This document shows positions 39,186 through 52,200 of a stretch of 64,000 nt of DNA, one piece after another. Numbering within the stretch: the stretch's first letter is position 1; the number at the start of each line of letters is the position of its first letter. The DNA comes from Octopus sinensis (lineage: Eukaryota): NCBI RefSeq assembly GCF_006345805.1, contig NC_042998.1, forward strand, positions 78,554,001 to 78,618,000. Direction: 5' to 3'. The translations under genes were made by a program, and so were the position numbers. A model generated the notes under the pieces. That model did not search any database. It was not told where the DNA came from and saw nothing but the letters and a program-made list of their open reading frames with translations.

Positions 39186-39200
39186 TGACGTCAAGGCGGG
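39186..39200. promoter_or_regulatory. Candidate CRE plus GC box
   Basis: Perfect TGACGTCA (39186-39193) next to GGCGGG (39195-39200) in unique, CpG-containing sequence. Motif evidence only. Confidence 0.25.
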
Positions 39201-41334
39201 TGGCTGTGCTGGTGGAAAGTGTTAGTGGTTTAGTGTAGCGGTTGCAGTTGTAGATGGTGACGGCGGTGTTACCAGTAGAATTTGTGGTGGTCGGAATTGT
39301 AGCGAGTTTAGTAGCCATGGTAGTTGTATAGTATAGTTGTAGCGAGGGGTGTTCGTAGTGTTTATTGGTAATGTATATATTTGTGTTGGTGAAAGCATAT
39401 AGTTGTTTAGTGATATTGATAGTAAATATAGTGAATGTTAGTGATTGTGTTGATGTACTGTCAGTGGCTGTTATAGTTTTAGCCCCAGGTTATCTTTGAT
39501 CATGCAGACTTATGATAAAATAAAAATACATTTTAGCCATGAATGACCATGCCGTTTTTTATTAGTCTTCAGATACAACTGTATCTAGGACCACATGATC
39601 CGCTGTATCATTAAAAAAAAAAAAAAATACACGGTAGTGAGTGAGGGGGGTAATTTGACTGCTATTTCTAGCTGTTTGGCGAATGCGTTGAATCTCCGTG
39701 GGTCTGACAGATGATAGAATAATATCGATGTAATTTTAATAGCGGTGGTGGTGATGGGGGTGGGGGATGCTTTTGTTGTTGCTGCTGTGACAACATAGTT
39801 GTAAGGGTTGGCGCTAGCTGTTAGTGGTGGTGGTGGTAGGGGGAAGGGTACGGTGGGTGTTGTTTCTTGTTGCGAATAATCGAGGGATGGTGTGTGTTGG
39901 CGGTAAAATAGTAGCGGGCGAAATTGTACACGAAAGCAAGTGTGTAGTTAGTTTTTAGGTTCCATTTTAACCCCCGATTAGGCAGAGTTTTATTTATGGT
40001 CAAATATACTCTCGTTAGGAGCATACTTTTTTCTTTCTTTTTTTTTTTTTTTTTTTGGCAGGCTTACTTATATGTATGGCTACATTATTCAGTGTGTCCT
40101 TAAAATCTTCAGAGCATACTGTCTACTCAAAAGGGAGATTTGTTTGTTATTTCCCGAACGCGTGCGACCTCATAGGGGTTCCCTTGTTGGCCGGAAAGCA
40201 ATGAGTTGCTGCCCTTTAGCTCCTATCAACCCTGGTCGAACGAACTCGGGATCGCAAATTCCAACTATAACCACCGTGCATCATTTCTAAGTGCATGGAC
40301 CCTAAGACCACTTTATACTAAGTTCGCTTTAACAAGATGGCAGTACATAGTTTGAATGAGATTTAGCTGCTATATTCAGCATATAGGAATAATGGTAGTG
40401 ATGGTGGTGGTGGTGGTGGTGGTGGTGGTGGTTATGCTGATAGTAACGGTGATGTTAGTCATAATGGTAATGGTAGTGATGGTGGTGATGGTAGCGGCTG
40501 TGATGTCGAGAATGATTATGGTAGTAAGCGGTGTTAGTGGCAATAATAAAAATAAAGTTGGAGATGATTATGATGATGCTGATGATGATGATGATGGTGT
40601 TGGTCTGGTGGATGAATTGACCTACATGGATAACGTTTCCGATCGGTAATGTAATTTGAGTGCTTGTTGGTAGTTATTGTTGTGGTTATACAGTTGTTGG
40701 TAATAGTAATAGTAGCAATAGTTGTTACAGGCTACTGGTGTTTGTTGTAGAAACGGTAGTAGTTGTGGTAATGAGGGAGTTGGAACAAAACTAATTGCGG
40801 TGAGGTATGATGAAGATAACAGCGTGATGGGGTTATATATACACACATGTATATATACCATCATCATCTTTATCAACATTATCATGTGCATGAGTGTCTA
40901 TATATATATATATGTGTGAGTGTGTATATATGCACATATAGTTTGCGTGAGTGTGTGCATACGTTCATATGTGTATACATACATAATACACGCACGCACA
41001 CGCATACACACACACACACACATATATATATATTGTCATCGTTCCAGCATACATTTTTCCATGCTTACATGAGTTGGATAGCATAAAGTTCAGTGACTGG
41101 ATGCTTCTCCTGTAACCAACCTTCACCTGTTTCCAAACGTGGTAATATTACACCAATGGCATGGTTTGGTAGAATATTAGAAATGAATGATACTACCTGT
41201 ATGATGGTAATACTCTTTTACAACGACCATGTACTATCACACACACACACACATATATCTATATCACTGCATATATTTCACATCATTACCCTAGGGATAT
41301 GAACTTCAGACCTTTTAACCTCTTTCAGTAGGTC

Positions 41335-42355
41335 ATCTGTTGCACCAAGACCATTTTCTTGGTGTAATAGCATCGTATTGCGCCTAGCTCCACTGTGTTT
41401 TATGCCATGTGACAGTCATAATTGTGAACAGCAGTTCAGGTAACTGAGAACAAATGTGGCTGATTTCAAAAGCCAATCACCCAGTTGCCTGCACACTATT
41501 TCCATCTTGGTAATAAGCACATGAAATAATGTTTCATTACTCATGTGGATTCCGAGGGTTGCAATACCCCCTGGTCCTCTGTTTTCTGATTGTGATCTGT
41601 TTGTGGGCTGATAGCAGAGTGCTTGAAATCTTCCATTATTGGACTGCATGTTGTTTTCTTCACCTTTGTATTACATTTTGGTCTTTCCAGAGTTTTGTAT
41701 TATCTCGACTGCCTGTCGTACTTTTATACCATCTGTGTACCTGGTGTGAATAGCTGTCTGTGTGAATGTCTGAGGGTATGTCTGAGAGAGGTGCCATAAA
41801 CAATAGTGGTCCCAATACAGTTTCCATGAAGGATCCTTCTAAGAATAGTATTCTCCATGAAGAGAGCACTGCTAGCTGCAACTGTCCGAATCCTACCTTT
41901 TAAAAAAGTTGTGCAACCACTCCCCTAGTTTTCCTACTGTGTAATATATCCTTCTGTAATCAACTTTATGGAAGGCCTTTGCAGAGTTGAGATATATCAC
42001 ATTCAAATTTAAATGAGAGGGCTGCTGTTTTGGTACCCAGTTATAATGCTGTAGTAGCTGTGTGAGACAGTTCCATCCTGGAGAGAAGCTATGCTGTTTG
42101 TCAGTGACTAAGTAATTTTCTTCTAGTAACTTGGTCTGCTTTGTTCTGACAGTATTTTTGAGATGTTCCTGTAATTTTTAGCATCTGCTCCACTTTTTCT
42201 TTTATGGATAGGACTTCTTTTTCAATTGGGGAAGTTTGTCGCTTGTAAGAAAGCTTTGGAAAAAATGTCTGTAGGGATTTTGTGCATGTCTTTAAAAGAA
42301 TCCCTGGAAACTCATCAGGGTTCATTGCTGAGTTCAAGTTCATCTTATCAATGGT
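41335..42355 (-). mobile_element. Decayed CR1-type LINE
   Basis: [32 protein letters not shown] and DVIYLNSAKAFHKVD-like motifs on the minus strand. Confidence 0.8.
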
Positions 42356-42421
42356 CAATTATATATGTATATATATGTGTATATATGTGTGTGTGTGTGT
42401 ATATATATATATGTGTATATA

Positions 42422-42515
<94 letters not shown>

Positions 42516-43411
42516 ACATACATACATACATACACACTTATATGTGCATGTAGATTATCTGAAATAATATGAAACTTGAATTGCAAGATAAAAATTCAGT
42601 TTCAGTAGTTAACAATACTAACATCCACTTTTAATACTTGAATGGATTGGCCTGAGTTTATTGAAGCAGATTTTCTATGGCTGGATGCCCTTTTTGTAAC
42701 CAGCCCTCACTTGTTTTCATGTAAGGTAATATTTCCCCATGGCTGAGATGAATGACGATTCACTGTGTTCAAGAAGACCTGTCTATCATGGCTAAAATGA
42801 GGTCCTGAAAATATTATGCTTATGCCAGTTCATACCGGGCCCTGCACCCAATCTGTCCATGTCAAGGGTTCCCTCACATCTCGTTTTCCTAACACCTGTC
42901 CCTCTGTTACTTTTCTAACTATGGCACTACTCAGCTACTGTAATCATTTGGAAGCAGATGCTGTTTGTATTTTACACCCTGTTAATGCTACCGATTATCT
43001 TCTTTTCCTCCTAAAACCACTTCTTTTAAACTCCATCCTTCATTCTCATTATCATCTCTTCCCACACTACATTCTACTAATCACCCCTTTCCTACACCTT
43101 CAGTTAGCTCACCCTCTCCTCTAAACTTCATCTTAGATCCACCATACTGCATCTTCAACACCTTTCCTATCTGCTATCATTCTTTATACTCACCCATATC
43201 TACCAACAATACTCTCTCCCTCTTTTGTGGTAGGTGTAAGGAAGGGCATCCAACTATATGCAAAATTGACACTGTGGCCTAACACAACTTCTACTGCTTT
43301 TCAAACCCTGTCAAACCTTCCTCTCCATGCCAGCATGAAAAACAAACACTGACTAATGATGATGTGTAAAACAAAAAACAAACAATGGGAGATTATTTTC
43401 AAGATATATAT

Positions 43412-43444
<33 letters not shown>

Positions 43445-44236
43445 TAATTATGATATATATATATATATATAATATATATATATATATATGTAATTATGAT
43501 ATATATTACATATATATATAATTATAATATATATTATATATTACATGTATTATATTCTATTACGTTGTCTTGTATGTATGTATATATATATTAGAAGGTT
43601 TGGAGATGATGTACAGGTATTTCATATTAGAAGAAATGAGGTACTCAGAAATTCGGATGGTTTTATATTTACAGATATCTATTTGTATATTACATGTTTT
43701 TATACATCATATAACTTATATCATATATCATATATTAGCGCTTGGGTCCATTCTGGTGGATTTTTCAAATTGAATATATATATATATATATCACATCATA
43801 AACTTTATCTTCAGCATCATTTTAATGTCCACTTTTCCATGATGACGAAGTTTATTGGAGGTGATTTTCTATGGTCAAATACCCTTTCTGTCACCAACAC
43901 TTCAACCCTTACTTGTTTCCAATCAATGTAATATTTCCCCATGGTCAGACATGTTTTTTGCTGAACGTTCAAAATGGATGACTTTAATTTACAACCATCA
44001 TGAAATATCATGACAAAGAGACACAAACATAATACATGTATATGTATACAATGAGCTGCTTTCAGTTTACCTCAACCTAGTCCACCAATGAGCTTTGGTT
44101 AGCCCACAGATATAATAGAAGATACTTACCCAAAGTCCACACAATGAGACTGAACCCGAAACTATATATTTGACAGGCAAGCTTCTTAAGCACACTACCA
44201 TGTGTACATACATACATGCATGCATATATAAAAAAA

Positions 44237-44553
44237 GGAGCACTCTGTCGGTTATGACGACAAGGGTCCCAGGTGATCTGATCAACGGAACAGCCCGCTC
44301 GTGAAATTAACATGCAAGTGACTAAGCAATCCACAGACATGCGTACCCCTAATGTAGTTCTGAGTGAGATTCAGTGTGACACAGAGTGTGACAAGGCTAG
44401 CCCTTTGAAATACAGGTACTACTCATTTTTTGCCAGCTGAGTGAACTGGAGCAACGTGAAATAAAGTGTCTTGCTCAAGGACACAACGCGTTGCCAGGAA
44501 TTGAACTCACAACCTTACAATCATGAGCCGAATTCGCTAACCACTAAGCCATG
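44237..44553 (-). mobile_element. tRNA-derived SINE family C, full length
   Basis: Head CATGGCTTAGTGGTTAGCG (A box) and GAGTTCAATTCC (B box), body TCCTTGAGCAAGACACTTTATTTCACGTTGCTCCAGTTCACTCAGCTGG, tail GTCGTCATAACCGACAGAGTGCTCC. Confidence 0.85.
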
Positions 44554-44686
44554 CATACATACATACGTGCGTGTGTGTGTGTGTGCGTAATATATTTCCA
44601 TATATTGATATCCTTATATATATATATATATATATGGATATTCATATAAAGATGCTTGTATATTGTTATGTATATGTATATGGAAG

Positions 44687-44740
<54 letters not shown>

Positions 44741-44959
44741 CATCACAGCTGGGAACAGATTCAAAGAAATTCTGATTGGTGCATATTGCACTGGGGAGGA
44801 AGATCTAGATAAAGGTAGTATAAATTAAACTGGGAATTTCTATGAAATAAATAACCTGCTTGGGGCTACCTTCGGACATGTAGCAGCAGCGAAGTCATAA
44901 TCAAGCTGCAAGTAACTTGGTGGTGGTTGATAGGGTGGTACAGCCCTAGAGTCAGGCTT

Positions 44960-47620
44960 GGAAAATCTGATGGAAGGTGGTTGTAGGGAACATTACCAAA
45001 TGGCTAGGAGAGCAACTAAGTAAAAGATATATTTGGCTAAGGATGTAGTAGAGATGAAGAGATTTTTGCATGTTAGATGATGATGATGATGATAATAAGA
45101 CTGAGGTGTTTAGGATTGCGAGACAGTGTGTGTGAGAGAATCAAGATGTTTTGTGTGTGAAGTGTATTCCGAATGATGAAGACGTACTCATTATCTCCAT
45201 GAAAGTCAAGAAAGTTGTATGGAAATGCTGTTAGGAGGGGCTGTTGAATAAAGAGGATGCATGGGCTAAGAGGGACTACTTCTTGGTGATTCTACATTGG
45301 GACATGCAGCTTAAGTTGACAGCAGCATGGTAGGTAGTATAATCAAGGACATAAAGAGGGGGAAAGCTACAGATCCATGAGGAATAGTTGTGGATATGCT
45401 CAAAATATCTGATGAGGTAAGGTACATGTTTACCACCCAATGACTTGCATAGCAGTATCATCGAAAATGATTAAGGTTAAAGGACCTGGTTATGAAGTTC
45501 ATAGAGAGAGTCATAGCACATCTGATTCATTTTGGGGTAGACCTAGATGAGATGCAGTTTGGCTTTATACCTGCAAGAGGTACCAAGGATGTAATCATCC
45601 TAGTGAGGCAACTGCAGGAGGAATACCTGGCTAAGCGTAAACTATTATTCCTGGCTTTTAGTGATGTGGAGAAGGCATTTGACAGGGTACCACACACTGT
45701 AATCTAGAAATGACAAAGGCAGCTTACTGCTGAATGGTTTGTGAGGGCTGTACAAGCAATGTACAAAGATGCAGTAAGTTGGTGACCATCAGAGCCCAGT
45801 CCACAGTCCCTTCCTATTCACCATGGCCCTACAGATCATATTAGAGAAGTTTAAAACTGGCTGACCATGGAAACAGCTAAATATTGATTATCTAGTTCTT
45901 GTAGCTGAATCTCTAGGGAAATTAATGAGGAAATTCCAGGCGAGAAACTAAAACCTAGAATTGAGAGATATTAAACTTAGCAAAGACAAAGGTTTTAATA
46001 AGTAAGAAAGAAGACAGGACCCTGGTATTGTTGGTATAAATTCGATACACTTTACTCCATGTAAACTATGGAATCACAAGAGATGAAATGAAATCACAGA
46101 CAGATTAGCAGAGAACATAAGCTTTGTATGTGACAGATGCACCAGAGCAGTACATACTATGAATATACTAAAATCAGACTCCCTTGAATGCCAAGATGGC
46201 TCACCAGAAGTAGCTGATAGCTTTTGTTACCTTGATGTAAGTAAGTTACAAGGGTGGTGGTTGCTCTGAAATTATAGCAACTAGAGTAAGAACAGCTTGG
46301 AGAAAGTTCAAGGAATCCTCTACTGCTGTTGGCTTTGAAGGTTATTTTCTCTCTGAGCAGAGGGCTAATTTTTATGATGGTTGTGTTAGATCTGCAATGT
46401 AATAAGCATGGTAATAAGACATGGGCCTTGAATGCAGAGGACTTGAGAAGAATAGAAAAAAAATGAAATGAACTTACTCTGTTGGATGTGCAATGTAAGT
46501 GTACATGAACAACATAATATTAATTACTGGGAGGAAAACGGGGCATAGGAATTAAATGTAATGTGCAAAAAAGAGAAGGCTTTGTTGGTATGGACATGTG
46601 GTGTGTATGGGGTGAGGACAGCCTTAAAAAGAAGTGCCAATCACTTAATGTGAATGAAACTTGCTGAAAAGGGAACCTGTGGAAAACAGAGGAGTGCAAA
46701 GGTTGGACTAAGAACCCTGAGCTTCATGGAGGAAATGACAAAGGACAAGGATGGATGGCATCACATGATTCTTGAGAAACCCCAACCCTTCAGCCATTCT
46801 CTTCCCCAAATTACCCTCCACCACGTCTCATCTCTCTAGCTTCAGATCTTGATACTATTTATTTTTCTTGCTCCTCAGAACCATTTCATCTGTTATCCTT
46901 TCATACTGTTTTCCCTCCACCCTCCACACACACTTTACGCTAATCACCAATACCCACCAGCTAGTAATGAAATCATTTCTCTCATCATCATCACCACCAC
47001 CACCAGTCATCTCATCCCTCCACCTGTCTACTCTGTCATCATTTTGTTCTGCTGTTTTCTACTGCATCCCCCTACTCTATGCATCATTGGTCATTCCCCC
47101 ACCCCTTATCCACCATTCACTACTTCCAGCCTTCAACCCTATCCAATCATTAGTAATTTCCTACCTCTTTTCCCCTCACCCATTTACCTCCCATCTCTTG
47201 CCAAAACTCCACCCACTTTCCCACGCTCCGAATTCCTGTATCCCTACTCACTTCTACTTACCTCATACCTTTAGGGGCCACCTGGACATCACATCACCAT
47301 TATTTACTTTCCTTCCAGCTCCACATGGTTATTCCACCCTCTCTTCTACCTGTGAGTAGCCATGTACCTCTGCTCCAGTCTCCCCCCCCCCCCACTTTGG
47401 GATTCATAGCCTTGCAGGTAGCATGGTGACCTCACTAGTGCTGGTGACATGAAAAATGCACCTAGTTTTTAGTGTAAAGTGGTTGGTGTTAGGAAAGGCA
47501 TCCAGTTGTAGAAACCATGCTAGAGCGAACACTGGAGCCTGGTGCAACTCTTAGACCCTATTGGAATTGGATCCTGTTAAACAATCCACCCCCATGCCAA
47601 CATGGACGTTAAATGATGCT
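44960..47620 (+). mobile_element. Decayed RTE-clade LINE with long C/T-rich 3' region and (GAT)n-type tail module
   Basis: ENQDVLCVKCIPNDE, DEMQFGFIPARGTKDVIILVRQLQEEYLAKRK...AFSDVEKAFDRVP, then 3' ORF remnants to about 46790 and the AGGAAAGGCATCCAGTTGTAGAAAC...GGACGTTAAATGATG end module. Confidence 0.85.
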
Positions 47621-47647
47621 ATATATATATATGTATATATATATATA

Positions 47648-48017
47648 GGTGCAGGAGTGGCTGTGTGGTATGTAGCTTGCTTACAAACCACATGGTTCTG
47701 GGTTTAGTCCTACTGCGCGACACCTTGGGTAAGTGTCTTCTACTATAGCCTCAGGCCGACCCAAACCTCGTGAGTGGATTTGGTAGACGGAAACTGAAAG
47801 AAGCCCGTCGTGTATATATATATATATGTATGTGTGTTCCCACCATTGCTTGACAACCGATGCTGGTGTGTTTATGTTCTCGTAACTTAGCGTTTCGGCA
47901 AGAGAGACCGATAGAATAAGTACTAGGCTTACAAAGAATAAGTCCTGGGTCGATTTGCTCGACTAAATGCGGTGCTTCAGCATGGCCGCAGACAAATGAC
48001 TGAAACAAATAAAAAAA
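47648..48017 (+). mobile_element. tRNA-derived SINE family A, full length
   Basis: GGTGCAGGAGTGGCTGTGTGG...GGTTTAGTCC...CAGCATGGCCGCAGACAAATGACTGAAAC; reverse complement of 848-1257. Confidence 0.9.
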
Positions 48018-48265
48018 TATATATATTTAATACGTATGTATATATGTAATTTCTGTCTGATGTTTAACGATATATGCATATAGGTGTTTCTCTCTCTCTC
48101 TATATATATATATATAGCTATATGCATGTGTATAAATGGCTATATACTTTTTACATGTCTACATGTATATATTTGTGTATATTGATATATTTACATGTAT
48201 TTATGTATGTGTATGCATATATATATATATATACATTCATATCCATATATAACCTATTTGCAATT

Positions 48266-48446
48266 TATAAAATAGTGTACATTTAAAGACAAGCGAAACT
48301 GCCTTCAACAGGCAGTTTTACACGCTAGAAGAAGCAGTCAAATTGCTCTTAAATGTGGTTTTGGTCGTTTTGACTACTTCTTCTAGCATGTAAAACTGCC
48401 TGTTGAAGGCAGCTTCTCTTGTGTTTAAAATGTACACTATTTTATA
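48266..48446. mobile_element. Fold-back (MITE-like) element with about 77-bp inverted arms
   Basis: TATAAAATAGTGTACATTT...GCAGTCAAA (48266-48342) pairs with TTTGACTAC...TGTACACTATTTTATA (48369-48446) around a 26-nt loop. Possible TA TSD. Confidence 0.75.
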
Positions 48447-49202
48447 TTGAGAATATGTTGTCTATTGACTTTTTATATATGCTGGGCCACTGGTGGTGAA
48501 GTTTCTAGAGGGGCTCGCTACCCTATATTTTATGTATTTGCAATATATATATCTGTTTTCACGCATATACGTATGTATATACACACCCTTGTATGTATGT
48601 ATGTTTGTATATACGTGTGTGTGTGCTTGTTATTGATTGAGTGATTAATTGATCGGTTGATTACAAGTTCGATCGACCGATTAATTTATAGTGTAGCAGT
48701 TGTTGAACCTTTGGTCTGCAGTGAAGAAGATGAAAAACGATGGATGTTCACAGTAATGACCTGACGTTTTTTTTTTTTTTTTCTTGTTCTTTTTATCTTC
48801 TGTGTACATGCAAAATCTAGTTTTTTACTTCATAAATTTTTTTGCTATTTTAAAAGACTTGTATGAGGTAATTCTAAGTATGCTCCTAAACATGACAATC
48901 GTTCGACCACATATAGGGTACCTATATATTATTGTTTATCCAAACTTTTACTTTTATTTTCCTGTGAATCTTAACTTTACTGGCGAAGGAAGGAAGGACT
49001 AGTTGTTGAATGAGAGAATTAATAATAATAGACGTTTATCAGGAATGTAACCCAGCAAGCGAATGCAAACCCCCAAGTCTTATTTGTTGACGCCGCAGCA
49101 ATCCACTTATTAATTGTTTTTGAACTTTTTTTTCTTTTTCTTTTTCAAACAAATTTCGAACCTCTTCACTCCTTTAATCTGCACCTCTTTTTTTCCACCC
49201 AT

Positions 49203-49286
49203 CCACGTCATACCGCTGCCACTGCAAACCCAAATTCTTAGCTTTGCAAATAAATATAACAAAAAACGGCTCACGTGCGTCCCGCC
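49203..49286. promoter_or_regulatory. Candidate promoter or enhancer motif cluster
   Basis: CCACGTCAT (49203; reverse ATGACGTGG), TTTGCAAAT (49243), CACGTG (49272) and CCCGCC (49281) within 85 bp of repeat-free, CpG-containing DNA. Motif evidence only. Confidence 0.3.
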
Positions 49287-52200
49287 GAATAACAAATCGA
49301 CCGACCTCCTTCAAGCCCACGCTTCGCTTCACCTCCTTCTCCTTACAATTCTAGCATCATTTTTTACACCCCCCCCCCGCTTCCTTTCTTCAGCCCCCCC
49401 CTCTCCCTCTTCTGTACCTTGATGTTACACTGCAATATTCGTCCTTTTTTTTGTTCTCTCTTTTTTTACACATTCAAGCATACTCACTCACATATATAAA
49501 CACATCCCACACGCGAGCGATGAAACAACAGAAACGAACCACAGTGGACGACAGCAGTGCAACAACAATGCCAACATCTGTATTTTGCCACGAGGCCAAA
49601 ACCATTACAAGCATTACTACAATATTGGAATTTTGTTTCCAACTCATTCTATTTTTTTACTTAAAATCTTTTAAAAAATTTATATTTTCTTGTATAGTCT
49701 TCAACCGTGATTAAAGTGACTTTTTGGCCAAAAGCGTTCTAAGCATGACCATCAATTTTATGTTCAGGCATAGTATATATCCTTTGCGGATTTTTAGTCA
49801 GGGCTTTTTAAGTAATGAGGGTGTGCAATTTTGCATTTTAAATGACAGTCAATTCAAGTAAATGTGTCCTTTTTAAAATTCTGAAACTGTGTGTGTTTTG
49901 TGGGAGATATGGCTGCTCTTTCTAGCAATTCCAACAGCCACTGAGAACCTCGTTGCCTCAGATTAGCATTTGAATAGACAATATTCCAAGTATTCTATTT
50001 TTACCGATCCTCACTCTCACTTCGCATTCGATATCATAACAATATAACAAAATAGTTCGGCACTGTACTACCACCTTGTTGTATTAACTGATTTTCCTAC
50101 ATGGACCCAAAACTTCATAGCTGAAGCTTTGTGCCCATTCAATAACAGTATACCACAATTATTTAATCAGTCCCCTCTAAGGGCGAAAGACGTCGCTCGC
50201 TGTATAATTTGAACTCAGAACTCAGTGGGGACCAAATGAATAACTGTAAAGCTTTTTAATATCACTATCCTTCCGCCACCCTGTTTTCCTACTGCTAATA
50301 ACAACACAGTAAATGTGATAATCGGTTTCTTCTAGGATGTTGTGATGTCGATGCCTTATAAAAGTGTTTAGAAGCAGAGGTGAAGCGAGATTAACTCCGA
50401 CTGGGAATCGAAACTAACTCGTGTTTTGTACTTTGTCCTTGTAATACCCCCTCATTCGCCGCTCTTGTGGCAAATAAAGGAATTATACTTTTTGAAATTT
50501 AACTATGATATCTCTTTCATCCGTCATCGATGGCTGAATTAGTAGAATTGTTAGTGTCGGACAAACTGTTTTGAGCTATTTCATTCAGGCTGTTTTCATT
50601 CTGAGTTGAAATCTCACCGATGTCTCAACTTCGTCTTTTCATTCCCCGGATTGATATAACAAGTACTGGGTCGACTACTTCCTCTACCCTACGGAACTGC
50701 TGGCCTTGTACCTAAAATAGATACTGTTATGGTTGATGTTGTACGAGTTGTTCTTGATGTAAGACTAGTAGTAACAGTCGTTGTAAAGAGCCACATCAAT
50801 AACACACGTGAGACTAAAAAAATGAAAGTCTTGTATGTCAAGGTTGCTTTCTTCATTGTAGTTAATGTATCAGTGCGCGCGCATATATGTGTGTGTATAA
50901 GACTCATGTAATGTGTACAAATATATGCATACTTATATTTATATTGACATATAAATTCATACATATGTAGCTAATTATGTCTATGTACATATACTTTTGT
51001 TTGTATATGTATGCATGCATATATATATGTGCTTTATGCGTTTATAATATATAATACACTCACTGTCCATGGATTCTCGTCGATCTGAAACGGTTAGTGA
51101 GGTATCAAACCTTCCAGTACCCACAATAAAATTGCAATTCCATATATTATTTTGTTCTCCTTTTCTTCTTTCGATGTAGTAGTACTCTGTACTATGTCTA
51201 CTACACTCTCTTTGTATATTTGTAAACGTTCTCGTTCCCCAAAGAAAAAATGAAGAGAAAAAAGCGATACAAACTGCATCTGGTAGGTAGAAAAAGCTTA
51301 TCTCTTCTGCACTGTTATCTCTCGGTCTCTTAACCGTTACAACAATTTTGATTATTCGATCGACATTCCAACCCTGACCATCTCGTTTTCTTGCATATTA
51401 GCACTACTACACCTAGAATACCGTAGGTTGTCAGTCGAAGATTTGGCTACTGTTTCTAGCAAGTCGAACGAACGCGTAGAAGCTCTCTTGGTGGCTCCAG
51501 GGGTGAGACTATAAACCTACCCAGACTGCCATTCTCCTGAATACGATTGGTATATATGGAACAAATACATTTTATGGGTCACACCCAGTCGTTCAGCTGG
51601 CTAACTGCGTGATTCTGAGCATGCTATTATAGTAAGAAATGTAAGAACGAGTTTTGTTTCTTCGTGGTAAACAAGCTGTGTCTCTCTCCCACCACTCAAA
51701 TCATTTCTCCTGTAAAACTCTGTTGTCCGAGATAAACTGATGATCTTGCATCTGTAAAAGATTTTATGAAATTCATAGAGTATAATGCGGGGAGGACCTT
51801 TTTGAAAAACGTACACAAACCTATCCCAATATACGAATTTTTCAATCACTTGCACGACTTCTCTCACTATTTCATCCTTACTCTTTTAACACTCCACAAA
51901 CCCCTTTGCAAGTTTGCCGCTAAGAAAACTCTAAAATACCATTTCCTACCTTCATTTTGTCCAAAACGAACACATAACACGCTGATTAATGCCAACAGCA
52001 TCGACACATTATGAGAAAGCTAGCAAAAACTCTTCCCCTGAAACAAGGTTCCCCCTTCTGTTATCGTTCGATTTTCTAGAAATAACAGCCAAATATTTGT
52101 AATGTAAACACAAAGCCTGAAATTTGGGGGTGATGATGTTAGTCGTGACCATTCACACTAGTGACTAGTATTTTATTTTCGTAAGTTCAAGGAGCTTAGT

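Noticed and set aside
39052-39318. 88-aa Thr-rich ORF
   Set aside because: Mostly the antisense of degenerate GGT/AGT low-complexity sequence.
48721-48751. Possible 31-bp micro-exon or C/D-like small RNA
   Set aside because: No canonical C box or terminal stem, and the splice signals are only moderate.
51560-52000. Minus-strand EVVQVIEKFVY... as a LINE RT remnant
   Set aside because: Only one weak motif; too decayed to assign.
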